This document shows positions 1-6,430 of a DNA stretch of 6,864 bases, in pieces; the stretch's first letter is position 1, and each line of letters starts with the position of its first letter. The DNA comes from a virus (lineage: Duplodnaviria; Heunggongvirae; Uroviricota; Caudoviricetes). The position numbers were made by a program, and so were the translations under genes. The notes beneath the pieces are model-generated. The model saw nothing but the letters and a program-made list of their open reading frames with translations. It was not told the origin of the DNA and searched no databases. The stretch is from positions 1-6,864 of IMG/VR virus record IMGVR_UViG_2875713109_000003, one strand, 5' to 3'.

Positions 1-1014
1 TTAAAGATGATTTAAAGGATTTAACTCAACTGCTTCTGTCAGATGGTCAGGGGAAAAATGTGCGTAGCGCATCGTTACCTTAATATCTGTATGTCCAAGG
101 ATGCGTTGGAGTACAAGAATGTTGCCCCCCCCCATCATAAAGTGGCTTGCGAAAGTGTGTCGAAGAACATGCGAAAGCTGGCCATCAGGTAATTCAATTT
201 TGGCCCTTTTTATTGCAGTTCTGAATGCGGAGTAGCATGGCTTAAACAGAGGTTTTGATGTTCTGATGCGTGGAAGCATTTCGTATAGTTCATCACTTAT
301 TGGAACAGTTCTGTTCTTTTTTCCCTTTGTTTTGGTGAAGGTGATCTTCCCGGGACTGATTTGCATGCCAGACAGGGATTCTGCCTCACCCCAACGAGCA
401 CCAGTGGCCAGACAAATTTGTACGATCATCGACAGGTCTTTAGCTCTGCTTTTTTCGCACTCAGCAAGAAGCACTTTTACCTCTTCTACTGTCAACCAAG
501 ACAACTCCGCTTCATCAATTTTGAATTCACGAATATTTTCGAGTGGATTAGGAGCCATCCAATCATCCAGACGCTTCAATTCATTAAACATTGCGCGGAA
601 GTAAGCCAGTTCTAAATTCACAGTTCGTGGTGTGACTGCTTTTACTCTGTTGGAACGAGTAATTTTTCCGCTTAAACGTTGCTCACGATAGCTGGCAAAC
701 AATTTCGCATTAAACTCACTCGCAAGAGGGTTACCCATTGCTATGCAAGCAAACTCCATCGTATCTTTTCTTTTCTGACCATCAGACAACGTAATACCGT
801 GTGCATTAAACCACGTATCAACAAGGTCAATAACACGTCGCTTATCTTTTTTTTCACCAAGCCAAGGCTTATCAATTGTTTGGTCTTTTATATATCGCTC
901 AAATGCCAGAGCTTCCCCTTTAGTTGCAAATAGGCGGCGTACACGCCGCCCATCCCTACCGTTGGGGAAGACCTGAGCCTGCCACTTACCATTAGCGAGT
1001 TTTGTTACTGCCAC
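1..1014 (-). CDS. int: Phage tyrosine integrase, P2/186 Int family, apparently full length (337 aa, GTG start at 1014, stop at 1-3)
   Basis: Translation strongly resembles P2/186 integrase from memory. The C-terminal region carries the tyrosine-recombinase motifs HVLRHTFASH, LGHT and MRYAH (catalytic Tyr). Length equals P2 Int. It lies downstream of the repressor as in P2/186. Any attL would be left of the window. Confidence 0.9.
   Translation of the reverse strand: MAVTKLANGKWQAQVFPNGRDGRRVRRLFATKGEALAFERYIKDQTIDKPWLGEKKDKRRVIDLVDTWFNAHGITLSDGQKRKDTMEFACIAMGNPLASEFNAKLFASYREQRLSGKITRSNRVKAVTPRTVNLELAYFRAMFNELKRLDDWMAPNPLENIREFKIDEAELSWLTVEEVKVLLAECEKSRAKDLSMIVQICLATGARWGEAESLSGMQISPGKITFTKTKGKKNRTVPISDELYEMLPRIRTSKPLFKPCYSAFRTAIKRAKIELPDGQLSHVLRHTFASHFMMGGGNILVLQRILGHTDIKVTMRYAHFSPDHLTEAVELNPLNHL
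125..133. repeat. Homopolymeric C9/G9 tract inside the int coding sequence (codons Met-Gly-Gly-Gly of HFMMGGGNIL)
   Basis: Nine consecutive C on the plus strand, counted directly. On the coding strand this is ATG-GGG-GGG-GGC. It is the only long homopolymer in the window. Confidence 0.9.
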
Positions 1015-1019
1015 GTTTT

Positions 1020-1568
1020 TTACCTTTGCGTGATTAACTCTTTAGCAAATATTGATAAACCGGGCTTACCTTCTTCAAGGTAACAGCACTTTTCAAATGC
1101 TTTGCTCCATTCACCATTGGCGGACATTAACTGGTCTTCATTCAATATATTGCTGTGTCTGCGGAGTAAATTTATTGCCTGCTTTTTTGTAATGCTAAAA
1201 TCATATTTATATTCCGTCATATACTCTACCTTCCGAGGCTGGGGGGTAATTGAAATAGGTAATACTGTGACTTTAACCCTGTCTGCAGGCGTTTGATACA
1301 AAGTACGATATGCTGCGTAAATGGCTGCCCTGTCTGATTCGTACTTAATATCTTTCGTTGAACTCCCTGATAAAGTGCGCGGCGAGATTTGGATGTGTAA
1401 AGGCTTTTCAGATAAAATTTTGAAAGATGGAAAATCCTTACCGTCTACGGTATAAGTTGGATAATCGTTATAGTTTTCCATCAAGTCATTAATGTTTTTG
1501 AATTGTTCAGGTGCTGCAATTGCAGCAAATGATGACAAAATTAATACGCCTGTGACTAAAACTCTCAT
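1020..1568 (-). CDS. Hypothetical secreted/periplasmic protein (182 aa) with a predicted Sec signal peptide; family not recognised
   Basis: ATG at 1568-1566 is preceded by a strong Shine-Dalgarno AAGGAGA (1579-1573) with ~5 nt spacing. The N-terminus MRVLVTGVLILSSFAAIAAPEQ has a basic n-region, a hydrophobic core and an AIA-AP cleavage-like site, with no later hydrophobic segment. The region is visibly AT-rich compared with flanking genes. It sits between cI and int in the same orientation, where P2 and 186 have no gene. Confidence 0.65.
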   Translation of the reverse strand: MRVLVTGVLILSSFAAIAAPEQFKNINDLMENYNDYPTYTVDGKDFPSFKILSEKPLHIQISPRTLSGSSTKDIKYESDRAAIYAAYRTLYQTPADRVKVTVLPISITPQPRKVEYMTEYKYDFSITKKQAINLLRRHSNILNEDQLMSANGEWSKAFEKCCYLEEGKPGLSIFAKELITQR

Positions 1569-1592
1569 TTATTCTCCTTACGATATTTAATA

Positions 1593-2207
1593 TCAGTCCA
1601 CGTTATCTATTTTGCTTGCCACTTTCCCTAAAACTTTTACATCAGAGGCCGCACACTCAAATGATGCAGGGCCGTTTTCAACACGAACTCGCCCGCCAGG
1701 CAGACGGTAAACCTGTCTGATGCTCGCAAAACCATCTATCTCAATCAGCCAGGTGCCGTCATTGATCTCGCCTTTATATTCACTGACGAGATACGTCGTC
1801 GATTCAAATTTGACAAGAAACGGATCTGTGGTGTTTTGAGGAATTAGGTGTAGGTCATAATGAATCAAGGTTGTGTTGTTTAGAATCCCATTTGTGATTT
1901 CGCTTAATTGCAAAGTTAATCCGTGATCTTCATTTGGCGTGGTTTTTGGAGTGCCCTTACCAGTAGTTAGCCAAAGCAAGGGTACACCTGTGTCCAGATG
2001 GCAGGCTATAAGCCAGTCATGTGGGAAAGTGTCACGCATCCAGCGGTTAGCCATTGTGCTTTGAGAGACGCCGAGATGATCACATAGAGCTTGTCTTGTG
2101 CTGAATCCATAAGCCTGAAGAATGCGTGTTATGGCCTCTCTTCCCCCACTTTGAGATGGAAAAATGAAAGTTGAAATCTCATTAGGGTTTTCTTTTGTGT
2201 TTGACAT
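1593..2207 (-). CDS. cI: 186-type CI immunity repressor (204 aa; N-terminal HTH domain, C-terminal oligomerisation-type domain, no obvious S24 autocleavage motifs)
   Basis: The N-terminal segment ITRILQAYGFSTRQALCDHLGVSQSTMANRW...LWLTTGKG resembles the coliphage 186 CI HTH region from memory. Size, position upstream of int and divergent orientation to the apl/cII operon fit. No GDSM-type serine protease motif was seen, consistent with the antirepressor-controlled 186 class. Confidence 0.8.
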   Translation of the reverse strand: MSNTKENPNEISTFIFPSQSGGREAITRILQAYGFSTRQALCDHLGVSQSTMANRWMRDTFPHDWLIACHLDTGVPLLWLTTGKGTPKTTPNEDHGLTLQLSEITNGILNNTTLIHYDLHLIPQNTTDPFLVKFESTTYLVSEYKGEINDGTWLIEIDGFASIRQVYRLPGGRVRVENGPASFECAASDVKVLGKVASKIDNVD

Positions 2208-2229
2208 ATCTCAATTGTGATCCTATTAT
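2201..2229 (+). promoter_or_regulatory. Candidate early lytic promoter (pR-like): -35 TTGACA (2201-2206), 17-nt spacer, -10 TATTAT (2224-2229)
   Basis: Hexamers read directly. The -35 is a perfect consensus with optimal 17-bp spacing, and its 3' end overlaps the cI start codon (2207-2205). It is oriented toward apl/cII. The predicted start lies ~70 nt upstream of the apl ATG. Confidence 0.5.
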
Positions 2230-2308
2230 CGCTTTTGTGGTGTTCGGTATATGTGCGAATACATCCGAATAGTGAAGTTTTTAAACACAAACTGAGGAAT
2301 AGTGCATC
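2208..2308. promoter_or_regulatory. Lysis-lysogeny switch region between divergent cI and apl; expected to hold CI/Apl operators and a leftward pL-like promoter
   Basis: 101-bp non-coding gap between divergently oriented regulators. In 186, pR and pL are face-to-face. A weak leftward candidate is -35 TTGAAA (2327-2322) with -10 CACTAT (2304-2299) on the minus strand. Short direct repeats CGAATA occur at 2256-2261 and 2266-2271. Operators cannot be assigned with confidence. Confidence 0.4.
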
Positions 2309-2545
2309 ATGAAAAGTAATTTTTCAATGCGCCCCAGCATCAACCTTGTGATATCTGAGCCATTCATCACACTGGATGAGTTCTGTCGTCGTACTGGTTA
2401 CAAGCCTAGCTATGCCCGCCAAATGATCCGGGAAAACCGCCTTCCCATCAGGAAAAAAGCCGGAGTTAACAGCCTTATCGAAATCAACATGTTCGCGTTG
2501 ACGATGGAAGCGGCCCAAGGCTGCGAAGTCGCAATGCAAGCCTGA
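2309..2545 (+). CDS. apl: Apl/Cox-family excisionase and transcriptional regulator (78 aa)
   Basis: First gene of the rightward operon. The HTH-like segment ITLDEFCRRTGYKPSYARQMIRENRLP resembles P2 Cox and 186 Apl from memory. SD GAGGA (2294-2298) lies ~10 nt upstream of the ATG. Confidence 0.65.
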   Translation: MKSNFSMRPSINLVISEPFITLDEFCRRTGYKPSYARQMIRENRLPIRKKAGVNSLIEINMFALTMEAAQGCEVAMQA

Positions 2546-2579
2546 TAGTTCCATTTTGGGATAGAAAAGGTGTTACATC

Positions 2580-3089
2580 ATGTTTGATTATCGTGTTTCC
2601 AAACATCCGCATTTTGATGAAGCCTGCCGGGCTTTCGCACTGCGTCACAACATGGCAAAGCTGGCAGAACGCGCGGGAATGAACGTCCAGACGCTGCGTA
2701 ACAAGCTTAACCCGGAACAATCACATCAGCTCACGCCGTCAGAAATCTGGCTGCTTACCGATCTGACTGAAGATTCAACGCTGGTAGATGGTTTTCTGGC
2801 ACAGATTCATTGTCTGCCATGTGTACCGATTAATGAGGTGGCAAAAGAGAAACTGCCACATTACGTCATGAGCGCAACCGCAGAGATCGGGCGTGTTGCT
2901 GCAGGTGCGGTATCTGGCGATGTAAAAACCAGTGCAGGTCGTCGTGATGCTATCAGCAGCATTAACTCTGTAACACGACTGATGGCGCTGGCTGCTGTGT
3001 CATTGCAGGCCCGTTTACAGGCTAACCCTGCGATGGCGAGTGCAGTTGATACCGTGACTGGCCTCGGTGCTTCATTCGGTTTGCTGTGA
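2580..3089 (+). CDS. cII: Phage 186 CII-family regulatory protein (169 aa), activator of lysogenic establishment
   Basis: Translation MFDYRVSKHPHFDEACRAFALRHNMAKLAERAGMNVQTLRNKLNPEQ... closely matches my recollection of 186 CII. Length equals 186 CII. Position immediately after apl fits. Confidence 0.85.
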   Translation: MFDYRVSKHPHFDEACRAFALRHNMAKLAERAGMNVQTLRNKLNPEQSHQLTPSEIWLLTDLTEDSTLVDGFLAQIHCLPCVPINEVAKEKLPHYVMSATAEIGRVAAGAVSGDVKTSAGRRDAISSINSVTRLMALAAVSLQARLQANPAMASAVDTVTGLGASFGLL

Positions 3090-3096
3090 GGTGCTT

Positions 3097-3297
3097 ATGC
3101 TGACGAAAGAACCATCATTTGCATCGCTGCTGGTAAAACAAAGTCCGGCAATGCACTACGGTCACGGCTGGATAATGGGTAAGGATGGTAAACGCTGGCA
3201 TCCGTGCCGTTCACAAGATGAATTGCTGGCAGAACTATCAACGAAAAAACGGGGGAACAAATGGCTATTGAAGGCGCTGCGGCGACTGTTCCATTAA
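3097..3297 (+). CDS. Small early protein (66 aa), hypothetical; positional analogue of 186 fil
   Basis: ATG at 3097 is preceded by SD GAGGTG (3089-3094), which overlaps the cII stop. The upstream ATG at 3067 in the ORF track lies inside cII and lacks an SD. Function is inferred from position only. Confidence 0.5.
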   Translation: MLTKEPSFASLLVKQSPAMHYGHGWIMGKDGKRWHPCRSQDELLAELSTKKRGNKWLLKALRRLFH

Positions 3298-3602
3298 GCC
3301 CCGGCGAACGCCTGAATGGACTTAATCATATTGCGGAGTTAAGGGCGAAAGTTTTTGGCCTGAATATTGAGTCAGAGCTTGAGCGGTTTATTAAAGAGAT
3401 GCGTGATCCACGGGATATTAATAGCGAACAAAATAAACGGGCACTGGCTGCCATATTCTTTATAGCAAAAATTCCAGCTGAACGTCATAGCATCAGCATT
3501 AATGAGCTGACCACTGACGAAAAGCGGGAGTTGATTAAAGTAATGAATCATCTTCGTGCAGTGGTGAGCTTATTTCCCAGACGGCTAGCCATGCCGAATT
3601 AA
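3261..3602 (+). CDS. Hypothetical phage early protein (113 aa)
   Basis: ORF in the same operon orientation with G-rich SD GGGGGA (3251-3256). It overlaps the preceding gene by 37 nt in a different frame. Mixed charged and hydrophobic composition. No family recognised. Confidence 0.5.
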   Translation: MAIEGAAATVPLSPGERLNGLNHIAELRAKVFGLNIESELERFIKEMRDPRDINSEQNKRALAAIFFIAKIPAERHSISINELTTDEKRELIKVMNHLRAVVSLFPRRLAMPN

Positions 3603-3669
3603 CCAATTAATGAAATTCATGGCGTAAACCCGCCGGGCATTCCTTTATCTAAATTCAGGAGAATTGATT

Positions 3670-3903
3670 ATGCGTAATATTGAAACCCTCTCGACTAAAA
3701 GCGGACCGGATGACGCAGGACTTAATATTTTACTGACAGAGGCTCGTCTGGAAGAACGTCGGGCAAGGGCTGAGGCAATGGCTGCCCGCCTTGATAGCCT
3801 TGCGTGTCATATTACATCCCGCCAGCTAAGCCACGTCGAAGCAGCAGAACTGCTACGTGTGACCGCTGAAGCAATCCAGAACGAAGCGCAGGAGGTCCAC
3901 TAA
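3670..3903 (+). CDS. Hypothetical small phage protein (77 aa), alanine/arginine-rich and probably helical
   Basis: ATG at 3670 is preceded by SD AGGAG (3656-3660). The TTG at 3664 used by the ORF track is less likely. The stop overlaps the next start (TAATG at 3901-3905). Confidence 0.55.
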   Translation: MRNIETLSTKSGPDDAGLNILLTEARLEERRARAEAMAARLDSLACHITSRQLSHVEAAELLRVTAEAIQNEAQEVH

Positions 3904-4130
3904 TGGCTGATGCAATGGATCTCGTACAGCAGCGCGTTGAAGAAGAACGCCAGCGCCATATCCGTGCTGCCCGTGCCAAAACACCGGGCGTGTCCCGCGT
4001 GCTTTGCATTGAGTGTGAAGCGCCAATTCCGCCAGCACGCCGCCGTGCCATTCCGGGTGTGCAGCTTTGCATTACCTGTCAGGAAATCGCAGAGCTGAAA
4101 GGCAAACATTACAACGGAGGTGCTGTATGA
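3903..4130 (+). CDS. TraR/DksA-family C4-type zinc-finger protein (75 aa)
   Basis: Two CxxC pairs with appropriate spacing (CIEC ... CITC) and an arginine-rich N-terminal helix, typical of phage TraR-like proteins. SD GGAGG (3891-3895). The stop overlaps the dam start (ATGA at 4127-4130). Confidence 0.75.
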   Translation: MADAMDLVQQRVEEERQRHIRAARAKTPGVSRVLCIECEAPIPPARRRAIPGVQLCITCQEIAELKGKHYNGGAV

Positions 4131-5191
4131 GCACCATCCTGAAATGGGCGGGAAATAAAACCGCCATAATGTCCGAACTGAAAAAACATCTTCCTGCTGG
4201 CCCGCGACTGGTTGAACCTTTCGCTGGTTCCTGTGCTGTGATAATGGAGACGGATTATCCCAGCTATCTGGTTGCGGATATTAATCCTGATTTAATCAAC
4301 CTCTATAAAAAGATTGCCGCTGATTGTGAGGCGTTTATATCTCGTGCCAGTGTTTTATTTGAGGAAGCAAACAGTGAGCTGGCTTATTACAACATAAGGC
4401 AGGAGTTTAATTACTCAACTGAAATTACTGATTTCATGAAAGCGGTATATTTCCTGTATCTCAATCGTCACGGTTACCGTGGTTTATGTCGCTATAACAA
4501 GAGCGGGCATTTCAACATTCCCTACGGTAATTATAAAAATCCGTATTTCCCTGAAAAAGAAATTCGCGCATTTGCAGAAAAAACCCAGCGAGCAACGTTT
4601 ATCTGCGCCAGCTTTGATGAAACGCTGGCGATGTTGAAGGCGGGGGATGTGGTGTATTGCGATCCGCCTTATGACGGTACGTTTTCCGGCTATCACACTG
4701 ATGGTTTCACTGAAGATGACCAGTATCACCTGGCATCCATTCTTGAACATCGGTCATCAGAAGGACATCCGGTCATTGTTTCTAACAGTGACACATCCCT
4801 GATTCGTTCTCTGTATCGCAATTTCACTCACCACTACATCAAAGCAAAACGCAGCATCGGTGTGGCAGCTGGCGAGGGTATCCGGTTTACGTGCTGTTGC
4901 TGTGATGTTTATGAATCCACTGGCAGCACTACGCGGTGGGCTGGCTGCCGCAGGCGCGGTGCTGCGTGTGCTCGCATCCGGCCCGCTGGCGATGCTGCGC
5001 GTTGCCCTGTATGCCATATCTGGTCTGTTAGGTGCTCTGCTCAGTCCGATAGGTCTTGTGGTTACTGCACTGGCGGGCGTGGCGCTGGTTGTCTGGAAAT
5101 ACTGGCAACCCATCACCGCATTTCTCGGTGGCGTGGTGGAAGGATTCAAAGCGGCGGCAGGTCCCATCAGTGCAGCATTCGAACCACTTAA
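4127..5191 (+). CDS. dam: Dam-family N6-adenine DNA methyltransferase; native C-terminus lost, with the frame reading on into out-of-frame tape measure sequence after ~residue 245
   Basis: SD GGAGG (4116-4120). N-terminus [11 protein letters not shown] and motif EPFAGSCAV (SAM-binding motif I) plus catalytic DPPY (4661-4672) are typical of Dam/D12-class methyltransferases. The segment IKAKRSIG (to ~4861) matches the Dam C-terminal region. After that the translation becomes Cys/Arg/Gly-rich ([11 protein letters not shown]), which looks like wrong-frame reading. The ATG at 4067 in the ORF track is inside the TraR gene and is rejected as the start. Confidence 0.75.
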   Translation: MSTILKWAGNKTAIMSELKKHLPAGPRLVEPFAGSCAVIMETDYPSYLVADINPDLINLYKKIAADCEAFISRASVLFEEANSELAYYNIRQEFNYSTEITDFMKAVYFLYLNRHGYRGLCRYNKSGHFNIPYGNYKNPYFPEKEIRAFAEKTQRATFICASFDETLAMLKAGDVVYCDPPYDGTFSGYHTDGFTEDDQYHLASILEHRSSEGHPVIVSNSDTSLIRSLYRNFTHHYIKAKRSIGVAAGEGIRFTCCCCDVYESTGSTTRWAGCRRRGAACARIRPAGDAARCPVCHIWSVRCSAQSDRSCGYCTGGRGAGCLEILATHHRISRWRGGRIQSGGRSHQCSIRTT

Positions 5192-5948
5192 GCCTGTGTT
5201 TCAGTGGATTGGCGACAAAGTGCAGGCGTTGTGGGGCTGGTTTACTGATCTGCTGACGCCCGTTAAGTCGACCTCTGCCGAACTGCAGAGCGCAGCGACA
5301 ATGGGGCGACGATTCGGGGAGGCACTGGCGGAAGGGCTGAATATGGTCATGCATCCGCTGGACTCCCTGAAATCCGGTGTTTCCTGGTTGCTGGAGAAAC
5401 TCGGCATTGTCAGTAAAGAGGCAGCAAAGGCGAAACTGCCGGAAAGCGTGACGCGTCAGCAACCTGCGACGGTGAATACAGACGGTAAAGTGATGATGCC
5501 ATCAGGTGGCTTTCCGTCATGGGGATATGGCTTTGCGGGGATGTATGACAGTGGGGGGTATATCCCGCGCGGGCAGTTCGGTATTGTCGGTGAAAACGGG
5601 CCTGAAATTGTCAACGGTCCGGCAAATGTGACCAGCCGGAGAAATACAGCTGCACTGGCTGCCGTTGTTGCCGGAATGATGGGCGTTGCTGCTGCGCCTG
5701 CAGAGCTTCCGCCGTTACATCCTTTGGCACTTCCCACGAAAGGCGGTGAAGCGATGATTAATCGCGCAGCCACTGTGACGCCCGTTTACCGGATTGAGGC
5801 ACCGACGCAGATCATCATCCAGACGCAACCAGGACAAAGTGCGCAGGATATTGCGCGGGAGGTGGCCCGCCAGCTTGATGAACGTGAACGCAGGCTGAAG
5901 GCAAAAGCCAGGAGTAACTACAGCGATCAGGGGGGATACGACGCATGA
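4860..5948 (+). pseudogene. T: Tail tape measure protein (P2 gpT family), C-terminal ~360 codons only; 5' portion deleted
   Basis: GC-rich frame giving an Ala/Gly/Leu-rich hydrophobic segment followed by a C-terminal region typical of myovirus tape measure proteins. It lies directly upstream of U and D, as in P2. P2 gpT is roughly 800 aa, so more than half is missing. The in-frame stop at 4800-4802 limits the upstream extent. No convincing SD precedes the GTG at 4860. Confidence 0.7.
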
Positions 5949-6430
5949 TGATGGTGCTGGGATTGTACGTGTTTATGCTGCGCACCGTGCCGTATCAGGA
6001 ACTGCAGTATCAGCGTAGCTGGCGACATGCGGCTAACAGCCGGGTAAATCGTCGTCCGTCCACGCAGTTTCTGGGACCGGACAACGACATGCTGACGCTT
6101 TCTGGTGTTCTTATGCCGGAGATAACAGGCGGCAGGCTGTCGTTGCTGGCACTGGAGCAGATGGCAGAACAGGGGAAAGCATGGCCTCTGATTGAAGGCA
6201 GCGGCACGATTTACGGCATGTATGTGATTGAGGGACTGAATCAGACTAAAACGGAGTTTTTCCGCGACGGTATGCCGCGCCGGATTGAGTTCACCCTGTC
6301 GCTCAAACGGGTAGATGAATCCCTGTCCGATATGTTCGGTGATCTCAGTTCGCAGCTGAATAATCTGCAGGACACGGCAACATCTGCATTAAGCGATATC
6401 AGTAAAACGGTGGGAGGGCTGCTGTCGTGA
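5945..6430 (+). CDS. U: Phage tail protein U (P2 gpU family), apparently intact (161 aa)
   Basis: N-terminus MMMVLGLYVFMLRT... and the internal motif GGRLSLLALEQMAEQGKAWPL...GMYVIEGL resemble P2 gpU from memory. SD GGGGGA (5931-5936). The start overlaps the T stop (ATGA). Confidence 0.85.
   Translation: MMMVLGLYVFMLRTVPYQELQYQRSWRHAANSRVNRRPSTQFLGPDNDMLTLSGVLMPEITGGRLSLLALEQMAEQGKAWPLIEGSGTIYGMYVIEGLNQTKTEFFRDGMPRRIEFTLSLKRVDESLSDMFGDLSSQLNNLQDTATSALSDISKTVGGLLS

Noticed and set aside
266-933. Plus-strand ORFs 266-604, 361-615 and 679-933
   Set aside because: They lie entirely inside the well-supported integrase gene on the opposite strand, have low-complexity translations and no SD. They are antisense artefacts.
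1102-1296. Plus-strand 64-aa ORF
   Set aside because: It is antisense to the cargo gene, has no ribosome-binding site and a hydrophobic, low-complexity product typical of AT-rich antisense frames.
2225-2230. Minus-strand GATAAT as a -10 element for a cI promoter immediately upstream of cI
   Set aside because: It is just the reverse complement of the plus-strand TATTAT -10 and has no acceptable -35 partner at 16-18 bp. In 186-type switches the cI promoter lies further downstream, facing pR.
2324-2720. Minus-strand ORFs 2324-2554 and 2484-2720
   Set aside because: They overlap the apl and cII coding sequences on the opposite strand. cII matches the 186 CII family strongly, so these are shadow ORFs.
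3243-3261. Programmed -1 ribosomal frameshift joining the 66-aa and 113-aa ORFs at the AAAAAAC run
   Set aside because: The heptamer is not aligned as X-XXY-YYZ relative to the upstream frame, and the downstream ORF has its own ATG with an SD. Independent initiation is more economical. It is kept only as a low-interest finding.
3603-3669. Possible intrinsic terminator at the CCCGCCGGGC motif in the 67-bp gap
   Set aside because: The stem is only 3-4 bp with a minimal loop and no following T-tract, so it does not look like a rho-independent terminator.
3812-4109. Minus-strand ORFs 3812-4072, 3853-4038 and 3900-4109, and plus-strand ORF 3910-4098
   Set aside because: All overlap the TraR/DksA-like gene, whose CxxC...CxxC zinc-finger motifs support the chosen frame. 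The alternatives are Arg/Cys/Ser-rich nonsense frames.
4067-4126. Upstream ATG at 4067 extending dam to 374 aa
   Set aside because: The extension lies inside the TraR-like gene in another frame and has an atypical N-terminus. The ATG at 4127 has an SD (GGAGG) and gives the canonical Dam N-terminus.
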